A DNA stretch of 64,000 nt from Candidatus Obscuribacteraceae bacterium (GTDB taxonomy: Bacteria; Cyanobacteriota; Vampirovibrionia; Obscuribacterales; Obscuribacteraceae): the NCBI GenBank assembly GCA_044226015.1, contig JBGAHS010000008.1, positions 160,001 through 224,000 of the forward strand. Reading direction: 5' to 3'. The position numbers and the translations under genes are program-made. Shown here in pieces: positions 56,201 through 57,390 of this stretch. Numbering within the stretch: position 1 is the first letter of the stretch; the number at the start of each line of letters is the position of its first letter. The notes under the pieces were generated by a model that had not been told where the DNA came from, did not search any database, and was given only the letters and a program-made list of their open reading frames with translations.

Positions 56201-57390
56201 TAGTCATCGGCAGCACCATTCCAACGACACCAGATCCAGGAAGCACACCATCTAATGTCTCCGTAACTGGCAACCATGGAATCTACACCGCATACTTCGG
56301 CAGCAATTCAGCCAACATGAACGTGACCGGAAGCTCCGCAAACAACGTGCTCACCATCGTCGGCGACACAGCGATTGTCTTCTCACCAGGTACAACATCC
56401 AAGATCAACTTGAATGGAACTGGCACCGGAGTCAAGATCACCGCTGACCCACCGGCGGCAGCCCCAATGCTGATGGTGCAAAATGGCGCAGCCCAAGTTT
56501 CAGGCAGCATCCAGAGCCACGTGAACGCAGCAGCGCAAAATGCAGCAGAAGGCTTCCAGATGATTCCGAGCGCTAACTCAATCTTCGCACCAGCGATGAT
56601 GGCTCCTCATTACGAACTGCCAGCAGCTAACGCTCCAAGCGCTGTGATGAATCCATCCAATCCTAAGATGCTTCAGGGTGGTGTAAGTGACTTCGAAGCT
56701 GCGGTCGACACCGCAATGGTCGAAGGAATCGGAGCAGCAATGCCAGCATTCAGCAACGAGAAGATTGGCGAAGTCGATGCAGGCGTCACAAGCGACAAAG
56801 ACCTGGGAATCGCAGCCGACATCTCCAATCTGAACAAGGCTGGACTCACAGCAGAGGGCAGAAAACTCGTTAAGCTGCAAAAAGGCTTCATGGTCTTCGC
56901 TCCATTCACCGACACTACCGTCGAAACACCATTCGGTAAGGTAGAAATTGACGCTAAGTCAGTCGCAATGGTCTGCGCTACACATGGTGGCACCGCAGTA
57001 TTCAACTTCGACGACACGCACCGTGATGCAATCACGATTCACGTCGGCAAGAACAAAGTCTCAGTTGCACCTGGACGCCATGTCACCGTCACCCATAAGG
57101 GAGTGAAGGGCTTCGATCAGGTCAACCCTGTTGAAGCAATCGGATATCGCGGTATCAATTCTGCTGATCTCTCTGGCGGCTTCCGCGTCTACAACGCAGA
57201 GTTCTCTGTTCCATCAGCAGTAGGAGCAATCAAACCGTTGAAGCAGCTGTTCAACTCCAAGAACAACGAAGCTCAGAAACTCACGAGCCACTTGATGAAG
57301 ACGGTTGCAGCAATGCTGCAAGCCAACCGCAGCGGAGAGCGCTATCAGCAAGTAACTCGCCCGAGAATGTCCGCATTCAACAACCAGTAA
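14215..57390 (+). CDS. Giant (14,391 aa) secreted beta-helix-like repetitive surface protein / adhesin with a conserved C-terminal globular domain
   Basis: 43,176-nt open frame with an RBS. Signal peptide at residues 1-37 (AVA-Q). Continuous G-x-[IV]-x-[LI] strand repeats with G/S/T/N/A-dominated composition, resembling filamentous-haemagglutinin-like solenoids. C-terminus homologous to the neighbouring paralogue. Confidence 0.9.
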   Translation: MRIRRRRKIGSVKKSVVLFASSMILINSFMATQSAVAQSRPGSVPTNMSQATPIGGTTNPNPNTRPTNLDLSAMSGTITSANTSPVNILVGGAMNHGTVSGGTSLIINPGTAVTPAQYVAVFEAMRGNQTLLLNAQGAATGGSFRLNSNQVTTLSGLTVPSGVTGIATGYNANSPLQVAGNVNVLGSLYSLQNAPNMTSVLNMDNLYIGAGGLLSGRMPNGMDLPGVYSSAGMLLNVANSMVNQGVITTPGALNITTGGSITNQSVNNVQAVINAQNIVLNTGTGQIVNSGLIQAMDSLRVNTINPTTNLNIDNTKGILQALGSLNSVTGLFDNNGVITLREDGANLELANVNVSGGQLDAGGGINAFGKNIEIHTDSITGPLSSKGSVAHVSVTSGDLYLGDQILSGDPTYFNNAGNIVISSLTSVAGDLAIVASGSIITTGATTIQTTANNFSIFLGAGFNFTTGGGTNSPSFATNAPGDTTSTLTFDGTTNAGKSINSSGQILNLQTTGTGSITLASTGSTNIGGGTISSEKGDVTIIAGSGFTQTGGSIGTTSGNVTIASAAPVISNTSTVVNGLVTGLPTIGTKNSSAITVQTINSSGGGNVSIQSNAGALTLGGAVTTASGGTISIDTGSITSSGVNIGSASAGAITINPGAGSISSLGSITSAAAINVGSATATGITVGAVDNSAGTGNLTLLTKTGGVSAGALTSMGSIDVQATDGSSSGNISTGAVTNSASAAGTVKLSAASGSVTTSGDISAKGKVEAGDGNGTGLSVGNVSNSTGDIFLASNTGSLTAGTVNAATGSVDASNNSGAITLSDVTAGGAGKQISVTASGTTQVGNLTNLGGSVSVVNSNSGTSTTTGSITTTAAAGGSVLVQGGNSISTGAIDTHGTAGDGGLVLLDVSANPNADISVSGNINTSGTAKGGDLFLLANNVSSTTSEIRVDGSLNASGGTGKAGSVVVAEFNTSALNINSNTASPGANTIGPITATSSVASPDILISNNVGDVHFGGPAGNAIDAKGLVQVTAGGSITGSGTGKGVIKSATNVTLIAGTDAGSFASNAIETNTTSLNATATTGEIYVNNTNAGVLNVDGVVSAKDVYIKTNNGIQLNTNIAPTANGGVTLETAAGDISSPGNKSINTSTGVGDGGYIVLLGTNVDLGTGTLTSNGNGSNKNAGGIGIIAPGGNVTTGAISANATGSGNSDGIGITAKNVHIQGNLTATSASGAGGGITVGTVGSAGGSISIDGNIDATGGTSGSVTLTENSSSQFGFNAGITGTNVIQGTVSGGAITIRNDGTGTIFFADNSATAVTGTSITVTAGTAGVSTGAILGLGTGTAGTNKGALVATTGTISLTSYSNGTSSSFIGTLNSQLVVDQQSGGLVSFTAEGTSSNVFLTDINSGDVTLAASGSNFGNNLSYNKVNGGNITLGTVSSTNNGTISVSISGGVGGDIIQGGSGLLSSPSGSVILSTSNGNIGASGTGGIDIQAANIQANAAGTAKNVFIDANASTSGAVTITGPAAGSSATGSFNLTLVNDGNLTVPSGKTVNGASVDLSTFNGDIKLNGAVTASNGTLHVATGTAGGDIYIGAQLTDLAGGNVLLEAKAPASTIFVTQTLGTTILGTGGDIILKSGSGGLKSNGNDITFSAIGKLDGTGLGGDVNTTGTSTGGGVNFFGATGIDLGTTKIVTDGATGAAGNIALTNATVGTDIKTGGISAVGGTNSVGGNLTAISSGSIYIVGDISTNGNGSGNAGFISLQGTSPSGAIRVDGNLTATSTGGAAGSVSLSETSSAPFQFNVGGSGAANSIKGTISAGAVTIYNYGGDVVFKGANAPGAIAQSSSIQVQAGQLGTTGSITSDGTANSVLNSTGGIALSAVDGGTIGSSTNAVKVKTGSGQGVQLYSDSATGDMFVEDLGTGSTFLQVSNLGHDLTYTKTAGGDLVLGSDIDSDNNGTVSLSITGTGSIDNSVGPYTITAGAVVLSTQTGSVGSNTKVILTDVDKITASATGGSVYITDIGAAQIVGTNSAQNVYSVIESGGNLTLNSAITAGSIDLQVTGGNDLVMGTTAGTLTSTNTGVTISTSSGKIISAGGNLNVHANGLANINLAGGNIDMTGSTGAKVTVESVTDNVNLNSATVTTKGGDVLLNGGVTGSIVNVAGITTNNSTGDAGSITLNAGGNITVGPLSANATSAPGAGGAITIDTPGSLYVTGSISSATVGPAKTGGAINIGQGVSTQPTSIQIDGTISSTATSGGTAGAVNIKAADGSGITVNGSNGAHNIGAVTGNSVAIENIASVTLLGTTDAIIASTSASVKGTSIDTDAATHGAINAKSVTLTSTSGSIGSTAPISTEGSTSTTISAATFAKVTSQTATNVDLSVTSLGTNLNFVNSSGSNVNIASDITSSSNGDINIIVLGTGSITSTSNKNLSTSAAADADGGDITLTTSDGDINLGTGSLNASGTAGAGNNDSGFIVLTAGTNGAITTGSISANAVNAGNSQGISLAAKAIHTGALSANSDSGTAGDISALSDTTIQVDGNISSLSSGAKGMVTLTEDSASAFNFNTGSAAANSVQGSISAGDVSITNFGGDVNFTGGGASDAIAQSTSITVVAGVAGTVAGSITSDGTTHSLINSSGTIDLTAYKGGTIGSSTNAVNLATGAGDTVQLFTEGATGDMFVSDKGTGSPTNLVVTSLGKDLTYTKSSGTLNLGSNITSLNSGTVKISISAAGDIDNSGNKTITAGAFNLSTTNGTIGTSSNPILSDVDKISASAGGATGKVFINNTGAAQIVGTNGATGTYQLKQTTGDLTLNSSISAGDIDIQLLTSGNDFIMGSTAGTLSSNTTGVTITTTNGDVLSSGGSFKISATGSADINLGSGVIDLSATSGAQVNIASGLAGSINLHGSTIKTLGGLVSLQGGGSILNGAAITTSNNAGDAGAITLKSGANITVGALTADATSAAGAGGAVSIDATGTVHVTGAISSATVGPATTGGDIKIGNTLQPTGLQIDGTISSTESASGTAGSVNIKAAVGGGLTVNGTTGPDNIGAIQGNTVSIENTGAISLQGASESIKATSSASVKAASINTNAAGNGAIDALSVTLQTNSGDIGAAFAISTKNATSTTIDAASSASVTSLTATNVNLSVTNLGNNLTFVNSNGSNVNLASDITSNNNGNVSISVANLAGDISSTGNKNISTAASAIADGGDVMLSTHTGNINLGTGSINASGTASNFGSGTIQLLAGTTGAGNITTGNLTANASGTGTSTGIQLTGDIITVGSISATSGSGTAGNVDIVATEIHTGSITTTSSGAAGHVDLSSTSTIQVDGNITATGASSGYVSLAEQSATPFSFNSATTGTNTVSGTIAGGAVSITNTGGDISFGGNAASTVSQSTSIVVTAGKAGTAGSIDSSSTSDNSALISTGTIILNAKDGGAIGASNAVKVTTANNGVIEISTSGATGNAKVQDIGTGTTTKLQVTSLGNNLSFTKVNGGDLQIDSGITSGTTTGTIQLGVTGGAGSIKNPNNFTLTSSGATGAVVLSTADGNIGTLANPILVDTRNLSAAAGGAGTNVYVSSTGDTTVTGTNSAGGTYQLANAAGDLIIDTAISAGDVLLQTTTATKQIIMAASAGTIQSSSGAVTLQTNNGNVSSSGGNLTVLAANGANFVLGSGDVAFTSAGAKVSATATTGNVDLNGSDISTTGGNINLQATAGSISNGGAISSNNAAGDAGSITLNANSNITVGAVTASATSADGAGGAISIDALGAITIGGAVSSATIGVGKTGGDIKIGQSAMPTTGLQIDGAIASTASASGLAGAAQVKADRPLLTVNNGTGADHIGAIAGESVTLTNTGNISLEGGTNAITSGSSAVITGAAIDTNGAGNGAIQAPSVTLHSTSGDIGASFAISTKNATAVDIDAAGSAKVTSLTGTNVDLTVSKLGNNLTYLNNAGGTLTLASDISSLNNGNITITNTGGHIVSADKNIYSSVKSNAAGGNVNLIATGGKNINLGAGIIDVSGNGLGNNGSGGVYIEAKGGLVKTGTITANAVNAGLTAGIWIESDNVYTGSLTAKADAGASSTITIKAVTGIQVDGDINATATNPLNSGSISITENSSSTLNFNVATAAPNSIMGTIAGGAVTITNKGSGGVKFLGEGSTNAISQSNSITVTAGDNGAVSGSISSDGSNKSMLVSTGNIILVANSSGPGLGGSIGDSTNSIIIQTATGKNVTVETDFVNHGGDVFVEDRGTGTTNLFIGSSGLGGDLTYKKTAGGDLKLNTNIEGAGFASVTFSISGGTGSIDNSLDKIITANNKLDLSTSDGSIGTLAHPILSIAANLRASAGGTSSNAYVNNGADVTIYGSNGAGSNYQVVNSTGTLTIDGSITAGSVLLNNQINGAAIIMGSNAGTIQSTSGGVTLMANNAEINNTAGGNLTIDANTGASIQLGTGDIALGGTGKVSITAKGGNVDLNNSDIFTEGGLVLLDASPSASGSIVNVGIIQTNAGATTDGGSVTLKAGSSTSGNITTGTITASGGSSNGKGGAVSIDGGGTITIPSITSDGTGGNNGGAVSIGTNTAFTSLSMTGNISTRGESSGAGNTVTLKGSASGAISIPGAIDTRGGNTGFGGAGGDVTMNAGGTIFVGAITTDAYGAGVNGTSGKLTVGNSLAPSSFTAGSISTQAQTPDGLGVAKGGAVTITAAGVINVAGGIDSHSNIFLGSTGGAVTLTNTDNVSGTTTLGPIKSSGSSGGQISISGGLSISVTGSLDARATATAGPGTGGQVTIDNSSSAGGSISVSNNIYSKGSESGSGSKITLSGSSTGTISVFGSLDSQGGNSGTGGAGGDISINAGSTVFVGAIATDAYGAGAAGKAGSVTVGDIQTPSSFTTTAISTQARGVGGVNASGAVSITAGNIAIAGGIATNANSVAGTTGGAITVVNNAAGSTSIGLINTSAATGGTVSMTGGSSISATSDIDTHGTNGAGGGVTLDNSAVIDGTISVSGGINANGTNGGGAVVLKANNVASTTSTIRVTNGITTTGGTGAAGAVTVAVKNTASNLIVNANTSFIGANIIGGITSTGASGNAVQVSNSGGNVEFDQAGNAINATGAISVVAANSIIGHGIGFGTLKSATGVTLNAGNSAGSNAGDAISTNTASLTANATLGSVFVDNTNASVLSLKASKAGTNFTVRTNNGIQIDGDTGSSGNGNVFLTTSAGDITRNLVTPYTVSTGNGNITITAPAGSVGTAFGGNNDVATSTGSSGSLTFQAANSVFVTESGSSTIVGTNNANGPSGNGYNVTFATGNMTLATAITGKSVALVTQEANKQIVMGTGAGTITSTTSSVLLTTNGGGIISTGGDLNISAATNATLALNTSTNTVGSIDLSGVAGKTVNIVAPSGIDLKGGGNTGANITTLGGLVLLQAVGGGATITNVGSITTTNTAGTGGTVTVNANGSVSIGGAITAKGTGGAASGGVIALTAGGANGLFVNGAIDNTTTGTGVGGLVTVTDNSPSALTVNGSSGTSHVIRGSITTNGTVNVAATGVVLAGASNAINSTGASSGIGINAKTGSITADAAGNGGLNSPVIVLTGQAGVGSVSGNIPITITTTGTTSFGSLASGTAAETFIRTTNGGLSVAAPTVGAVLATGISGDGDIKVNVAAGGTLTVNTGDPIIATGSGRSITLGADTINLVSGVLINAGANGTVNIAPTTAGNAITVGGGAGYLTTTNLTTQILTKDLTIGNLSTYNGAITLGAAIDTSSGAAGSAVGRYNLSILTQKSIDTNTFSITTGVNSITLNATGSSQAVDVDQVSSTSGAINILGNGINLNQSINATTGGKITIASTGGAITGNAQAIGSVGSGDIIIDNNGGSISNIGAVSGAGFVRIGTSNGTSSTATGVSISTIDNTSGTGAVVVLTDVGGITTGKIDSNGAVTIKATNNSNSGAVVVGGDITNTGGTGSVVVDSATGSVTTARVESHGAITLGNTSGGTGVTINGAILNTGGSGNIQLLANSGDISGLHTLTSVGDLTISNINGSIGSTTAIGNLFGGGAGKTITVNAGSTGRVGSITNDSASGNGGTITVTTTAAFQSTGAVSAQSTAGSAFSGGIISIKSSSGTVEVDGSVNSNTTGTGTAGSISIDAGTGTLEINKGSAGANVIQGTLSSDKGNVIVQSNSILLRGASPAITGRNIGLNARTGDIQAAVAGQGGLSATNNIAMTAVTGIGTVGGNPITISSSGSTLSSKTSSSGSTYISVTSGNLTVGNVSVGPVNPNTGVQAPGSIQIDVPGNLAILDGSPINTTGTSQTIDIHANSFTGSGTTTTLIDAGNTGSVLIAPTTNGQAIALGGSGYLSGTMLSKIKALNLQVGNLGTYTGSVTLAGLINNGTAAAGSTAGSYNLSILSNGTIDTSAFTITTNTSNLTIDSEESTSGTATKVGALIGTGGNISVTGNKGVTLAGVINNAGTGTISVLAKQGTLDVQNNTISTTGTGTVTINNLNGAISNVGSVSGAGVINIGNASGTTSISITTGTIDNTASSTNSAVNILSSGAISAAGRSVNSDGVITLSGNGGVTIGGLNNSGSGVASAIHVNDGTEGGAVSIGAVSSVGSIAIGNNSNTAGVTLTNGAIDNSTASTPQSISIRSNTVGISGNGHNVISTGTITLSSNSGPVVIGALNNSGVGASGDIFVNSGSETGAITVDAINSRGDINVGNSTGTAGVTLTGVINNSSAASAKNVTILANNSGISGAGQTVTSIGNITLRAPGGVNIGALNNSGASTAATINVNDGTQSGTIAVAGALSRGTITIGNSTGTSGVTISGAISNATAASAQSVTVHSASGGISGAGQSISSIGSIVLDGVGGVNIGDLTNSSSTTAAAIQVNNGTQSGAVAVGNVNSVGAISIGNNTATAGVTLNGNISNVTASTPQSVSILSDSVGISGAGKTVSSLGGITLSSDTGAVSIGALTNNGVGAAGDVNVNSAAETGAVSVGAINSKGAVNVGNTASASVTLNGLIDNSSAASAKDVSVLASGAISGGSNTITSVGNITLRGNGGVSIGALNNSGASSAASVLVNDGTEAGSVSVGSISSKGDITVGNSTGSTGVTLGGDINNSSASSPQAVTILSSSGGINGTGRAIDSLGAITLRAAGGVTIGTLTNSGTGAAGDVSVNDQTQSGVVSVGAISSKGAVKLGNTSSTSVTLGGNIDNSSAAAAKDVTILAAGALNGSVRTITSLGNITLRADGGVTIGDLDNHTGSGSVSVNDTNQNGALVVGAVTSTGNITLGNLTNTSGVALNGDLDNHTNASSDILVYTATGDISNTVVRSINAGHAFDIEASNGSIGNTAPLGNLTAGGAASKITAKGVIGAGDVTNHGGSISIVNSDNTASGSTTVGTVDTSGAAGGTISITGGNDVSAVALNSSATSTTAGSITVDVSASTNSKISVLGAINASGATNGNFVHLYADNGSSVSSSIRVNNGINTSGSGLAGDVEVKVGSVGTLIVNADNGATGNNTIGSITATGASGGSVLLENKAGSVAFGRTGNAVNSFGTITVNAANIVGSAVGSGKLNSTTGVNLNVFSGSGNIGDASTQVQVNAPSIKIGQTGDVSGAVNPTKIGINSLSSGALTVSNLTNAGTGLTASGDIYISNNGGFNINKDISSSGSGTITLAALSAGNILSVGGGTIVSTAGSAVLSTADGSIGSNSPVYNPVLTNVAQLQANATNGSVYVSDADALTINASSGASSGAFDVRLSGSGDLTVAAPVSAQSVNLASNQGSGTAAGNIVVNSGVTATNGSLTLSAGAGGGAGAVGSINLNSALSATGGNVNVSSSVNGGDINVGAQVSATSGDINLDAQGSASKIAITASGLNPALKTTSSGNVILSSGTGGLTSSGNAIIISSVGDIDASALGGDVNSSGTGNGGAVDFSASNGFINLGSNNIVSSGTTSGTGGTVTLHAKDAVTAGNITAKGVGTSQAGGVVDITSSSVLAPIVVGNIDNTGTANGSSVTVNAAQNIVTVGSVKSNGAITIGNSSGATGIILNGDISNSGGTGSVQLLTNTGDISNATSRNISAAGALTINAGGNIGNTVALGALSAGGGANALTVDGNGVIAVGSVSNNAGAVSITNHAVAAGTLSTGAITTDAIGSGTGGKVSLSVVGDLTVNGNLTAKGLGSSNSGGVIELTGSNIRVDGSVDNTSTGSGTAGTTTINTAAALTIHGSAGANTISGTIDSDGNVVVLANGVTLAGAGDAVSALGIGINAGTGAISASLAGGGGLNASTIALNATTGIGSITGNKPIILSATGTVNVGSKATGAAADTYLSITNGSLVIGNETVATGTASVSANGVSSGGNTKIDTTSGDLHISTAISGTNVDLSTTGVGNHIIMDVGAGQIHATNGDVKLTTNGGGISSQGGSLDVLATGGNAIIALSQGANIGTLDLSGQSGATVTIKGQAVDLKGAGSANADITTANGAVSLTSDSGSISNVGSITTGGAKVDLKATGGNIAAGAIDTSAAAGGKLTASATGSITIAGSIKTDGTAGAGGGVDLSSGTSTTVSGSISAKGNAASGGTVSLSSDGLQVDGSINNTGTGTAGISLTNVQSTTFNGIAGINVIAGTINSSGNVEIQSAGVLLAGAGSAISAKGIGINSSAGISATAAGNGGLDAATVALTAAAAIGSAAIPISLSSTGTTLFGSSTSSAATSVQTTAGDLTVGSATVGAISANGISAPGDVTIKVAATKNLSIATGSPVTSSGVGKQINISADSLTGWGTGVLVNAQASGSVSFVTTSNSAMEVAGTYISATQLGQIRAKDVQFGNNGSYTGDITLGGTVNNGNAAAGDAAGGSYNLSLLTGGKFDASGNTINTKVNNLSIDAESSSATAVKTGAIVATGGNVQITGNNGVTLGGAISNSGTGLIDIVSKTGTLDGGDATISSTGTGTISVNNIAGNINNLGAVSGFNSITIGNSSGGTGIVMHGNISNAGGTGNVQILNATGIINGGSFDVSSAGDLTITNSGAGAISFTGGTLKSTGGNIAVTQTGAGALQVAAVDNTSNGSITLNAVLGSTTAGTVTADGGLVTIGNGTTGTGVVLNGDIDNTKTGGGGSGVSVLSGLGGISGGTHSITSDGIVNVTGAGAVSIGAIDNTTGTSTVTVDSTGSTVAVGAVSSKNSISIGSFGSTGVTLSGLIANDGTGASGSVTIHTLSGGISGTQNVQSKGAIDIVAINGDVSMGSVNNASGTGVVNVEASNGISNVGAVTSTSKITIGSVTGAGVNLNGAVSNSGGTGDVIIEANSGAINGGSNNVTSAGDLILSNGSAGGISFTGGTLSTSGGIVSVKTHGTGNSSVNAISSNGGAITVDANNGVTTVGLSGGAVNSGAGAITLGNSTSGTGVTLGGDVSSTGSGNISLLANSGNINGGSNNVTAGGSLTVTLATGAGNISFTGGTLTAKGGSLDVAQNGTGNVVLNDLSQQALGQSVNVDATAGTISVANITAAGGVVNLGNILGNTGITLTGNIDNTAGGAGAAVNVQAGNGAISASTRTITSDGQVFLYAKNAISVGDINNSTGSQSVTIDSTSGAINTAAVTSKGQINIGSNTSASVTLGGKIDNSTSLAGISITASGAIIGGSNSVAGGPGPLVITSKNTGGVSFSGGQISSNSGAITVQSLGTGDTQVAGVNSQGGTVIINAAKGTTTVGFGSNTVSSGSGSMTIGNNTSGGGTGVVVNGDLSSTGTGNIAILADTGSISGASHNVTAGGGLTVNIANGAGTIDFTSGILTAKGGSLIVTQLGTGNITLSSLSQQSTGDIVFVDASAGTVSVGNVNAFGGQVTLGNNGTGAGVTLNGNIVNTKAGGGGSSVTIYAGAGSIAGAGKTITSDGQVLLDSATGTTIGDINNTTGSSTVDLDSNGAISTGSISSNGAITVGSNSTTSVTLGGDISNFGGTGDVSVTAVGAINGGVNNVTAADNLTIHSITSGGITFTAGTLSANNGAVDVASLGAGNTSVNAVSNNGGSITVDASNGLTTVGTVFNTTGNIFLGNSTGGTGVTLNSSVSTGAAGVVSILSNGGSITGNSHPIILGSGTFTVDPTGGSVVGLGAVTSSGTINIGSATTGSISITGKLDNSTGVGKDINIQSGSGAGGISTVALSSSGNINVRTINTSTGDVTVTGKINAVTGSGDVTVDAKSGQVSVLGIVAKGNIALGNSSTGKGVILNDDIDNQETGATGTLTISAANGGISGVHDLFSNSTISVNAVAGDVTIGTADNSTGSASITVAAANGITTISGASSDGGFVSIGDGATGTGVVLNGNIANTKTGGGGAGVLVLSGLGGISASGRSITSDGQVDVLGQNAVSIGNIDNSTGSGTVNVNSNINTTSVGSVTSQGAITLGNSVGGTGVVMNGDVKSITTGGAISINSASGTINGNSFNTFTQNGSITINPGTGNVTALGDVQTKAGVINIGTSDGISSTASGVSINGTVDNSTSVGSALNILSNTGGVKTGNVSGGGAVNLKSLTSGDVDLGSTISANGVLSISAAGTGSIKSGAASALSGIGVKLTANTLALANGSSINAGGSTVVIDPNANQSMGVNVTGASTETFLVSNDLLSNISNTSLVTLGNNSTSGGLNFYNSLTTGYNLALRNAGGITMKSGSTLAVGANDLTIAAGGAVSLETVTASTAKIDVSGSSVTFNQAFGGTSADVKLTANSGSLSGAGTVSASKLDMSASDGSITLSTAVAGTMKAVTSGTSAGNIALVNTGALTSFTASSGGAASTVSLTNTGDVILGAAGVSGPAGVTLKLGGAAGVALTTTGSSISSSNGDVAITTDVLNGSGSISSSATGKVSIETSTAGRAINLVAGSGGLLLSTAQLAAISTKTLVVGSDTATGSITLGGALDITGKYDLELRQAGAGGSVTTTGQTLTLGTQNLTVNADTVDTGDVTGTGSSTIIILSLTGVNVHGALAADRIGIRAFNGSIVGAGGSLSANQIALRATANVGSPLQILGNSTLGAQGGTGVNLVSTGDMTVDAVTVGPVSASGIVSGGNVTVALASNKNLQLNSAISAPGQTIQLNADKLNGWAATPTLIDAGTSGAVVISTASTTQNIQVGGTYISTTQLGQIKALDLQIGEVGVYNGNISLGADLTTGAQPAGQASGSYNFALVTKASIDTSGHSITINGNDLILNADTSVTAGKVVGTGGNISIFGKNAGITLTDTLTTAGAGDISLSAQGGTIDGGIKALAAGSGTVSVVNTAGNITNLGSISSAGLVGVDGSTGVALAGTIDNTASTSNDIVSIISAGGAISGGQNINSNGAISVTTLAAGAITVGALDNSTGNGSVTVNSAAGSISVGQIKSTNAITLGNLTGAQGVTLNGTVSNAGGTGDINISTKSGSIDGTFDVSAAGSLSISSAGNVGKNAALGNLSAGGGSNFLSISSAGAIAAGKLTNAGGFIQANTSSTTEAVTLGDISSKASTGGTVIISGGSNISTGAIDTQGTSGDGGDVNVNNSTGLTLVGGSITADGAASGGSGGAVGLFGKGVTVNGSISSKGFGGANVGGSISIDALTGSTQVDGSINNSTTGTGGVNGTIAVVSNPGLTVNGSTAGANVIKGQVISSGSVTLQSINDVILAGAGDAVVARDIGIESSAGAIKAAAAGEGGLNASTIALTSITGIGTSTAAINITGAGPTSIGSSTGAADTFIASTNALTVDNTNVLGISANGVSGSGDVTISVGSGNLHVNAGSTIASGTSNSITLNTNSISVGAGASINAGVLGTVNLRPTTASTAINLGSGASGLIVTQGVLNVITAKTLNVGSSSSTGGINANSAVDISGLYDLNLTQGTGGAIDTSGGAITIGSQALTVLTPAGITLGAVSGTSGTVDLIGSTVDFKGNVNLNAVGSKLTVGSGGDVTQTVGTTLTARRIDINVTSGNIGGAGSIATSTGVLNLLTSLSGNAKVTNSGAGSVTLNSSTFGSLTFSSDDTIDVGSSGVAGSAVSLSTTANNGNINALNGSISSSAGNLDLTANGSGAVTVGTNRSVQAVGGDVNIKSDSITLQGKALITDTAAIISGNNVNFTGNTANGTFTSGAMLISNSGTVTANTGNINVNSASNQDMQLTGDGNGNWNATTSNASINFTASANGSLKLGLGDQTFTVGPNGSPGGSVNFTADGSETSTVQILPGVTYQFPNDYTHVVVNVGQFLGNPSQFNIHPSGGNPNSTLTIQGKFSGTIANSTGPIDLGNITNLNFAGPIAILSATDIFSSSSRTITVTSTVTNNGGSLTMIAGYAFTPTTVGTIGPTGQEYTLDVPNSKGGNIDLSNVSIDTRGQNIGGNVNLAANGSITLSNIDTRATGANGPGGSITVYGNGITANGTINTAGTGTSSSGTVTLSSGAVSAVNGTTIQDGFVTSAGGFTAAFSVPSTTGSLSTGASSSINAGSVNLSAGSTTLAGSITGTGVNIASNTLSSTGTINAGTGTVQIQTVTAGRGINLLSTGTGTLDLSNGTLSSISASKLIIGSASASGAITLGGALDISSKYNLELRQGGAGGTVTTTGQTISLGNKALSIAAGGAVNLGTYTGSGSAVDISGSSVTFNSAAGNASDTTSVVATNGNIGGAGALTSNDLSLAATNGSIGIAGTPFLTVNNGKLHAGSVASNSGIYINNTGNITGLTAFTLGAVDLRSSGGATLDGTVHGDTGVILNMTTGKLDNAGFLISSTNTPIAITTDSIALSGTTSIDAGTSTVTITPTTASRAINLGTATGGLDISEAALNSISAKTLTIGSTTTTGGITVGGALNITGPYDLNLIQGGSGAYTASNAITIASTGGAYSVSTAAGAINSGNITNNSTTNSKVLLQTGTANINLTALVPVAHDIELIAGGIGTGSTTGAINGLSNGAVSGTLTITPTLSGTDAGTVVLRGNNLLTGAVGQPTKFVLNVSSAAGNAGKAVFERTATTALIPTSANVSLQINSTSGNQGTAVLSNGGDLTYATTGSPSITTGSSGKGADITLTAGSVAAGKLVVSGNLSANGASGFAGGKLTLNSNSTTAFTIGATKATNGITGSMSVTGTPNGDITITNRGGGITESVAITNVSNYKLDTTGATNGTLSISKAITASNSVTLIAGGSGTINPGANVITAPTVALTSGTGAITVKTAASTISANMIGTSGTGAVSITNASGNVTLLDSSARGAFSLTNSTGNITTNAITAGGNVTVKTTKTNAAVAVNGNVTGGASSTVSLTANGTGSISGTGTVTGKTVTLTTGTGAIGTGTALGTALKVKAVSLSANTQGSVNLDNLGNGSSTFTITASASKSSFTVNSATPIVINPALTNVTSANITTSGVNAITLKASIGNTTTTTAINVSTGSGNILSSGTLSTTAAGNVTLGTTGSIGSSTAAVKVNSPTLAVNGASHTLLNLNSTRTAGVNVTTDLASTGIATFTSSGPTTLLGVSGTNVVLKSVGNTTLNGDIIASGTLSLTETGSGTTTMAVGKNISAAGKVTITTVGATTLNNVTSTAGAIALTAKGALTTNDITSNSTTSGAVTISQTAVGASTFGAITGQSVTVNLIPNSSTVKNNVNFNGAITASNGLVKISETGTSNALQSTIFAGGAAIQASGNVTVTTMGAASLLGVSSGVGGAGSITITTKGTTSVGALDANGSTTTGSITLNQTGGGSTTLNSTANADGAISITSSGVTSGVGIQTSGAVTAAGNVTLKATGSNAGVTLGDNVSSANTSTGTVAITASGSGNLTQTAGAVSAKTITLTSSTGSIGTGTALGTAFKVSSLASAFTLSANTKGAANINNTSAVPMTLSAASTDANTFTLRSSGNLTLTAPLTNASAIVIDTTAAGVGVGNVAINGSTLGGSSKTTAVSISTNDGDVSAKGTITTNNVSGSGVTLASTTGDFGTKTAAVKMNTPSLLSANVGGLLNVSNTNTGSTTYGAITAKSVTLSTANNSTFNGNISTSGGTGEVVITQTTGQMTVNGNISASGTNALITLMEKANNASSGITLNNSTLSTNYTTKPTGQTTFPMPGQISVVIGSTIPTTPDPGSTPSNVSVTGNHGIYTAYFGSNSANMNVTGSSANNVLTIVGDTAIVFSPGTTSKINLNGTGTGVKITADPPAAAPMLMVQNGAAQVSGSIQSHVNAAAQNAAEGFQMIPSANSIFAPAMMAPHYELPAANAPSAVMNPSNPKMLQGGVSDFEAAVDTAMVEGIGAAMPAFSNEKIGEVDAGVTSDKDLGIAADISNLNKAGLTAEGRKLVKLQKGFMVFAPFTDTTVETPFGKVEIDAKSVAMVCATHGGTAVFNFDDTHRDAITIHVGKNKVSVAPGRHVTVTHKGVKGFDQVNPVEAIGYRGINSADLSGGFRVYNAEFSVPSAVGAIKPLKQLFNSKNNEAQKLTSHLMKTVAAMLQANRSGERYQQVTRPRMSAFNNQ
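18472..27400 (+). repeat. Intragenic ~770-aa super-repeat (about 3.5 copies, plus a shorter upstream copy)
   Basis: Anchor L[ST][YF]xK at 18472, 20008, 22300, 24649 and 26977, giving spacings of 512, 764, 783 and 776 codons. Flanking sequence is colinear (e.g. GAAQIVGTN; GDAGSITL/GDAGAITL...GAGGA; LQIDG). Confidence 0.85.
33700..36100 (+). repeat. Intragenic ~96-aa tandem repeat, 8 copies
   Basis: Anchor G-[GPA]-V-x-I-G-x-L-x-N at 33862, 34156, 34444, 34732, 35023, 35305, 35593 and 35875 (spacing 282-294 nt). Confidence 0.88.
41000..45400 (+). repeat. Intragenic degenerate ~90-120-aa repeat tract
   Basis: Recurrent [IL]GNxxxGTGVxLNG[DN]IxN, INGGSNNVT and ISFTGGTL segments at roughly 280-360 nt spacing. 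Confidence 0.7.
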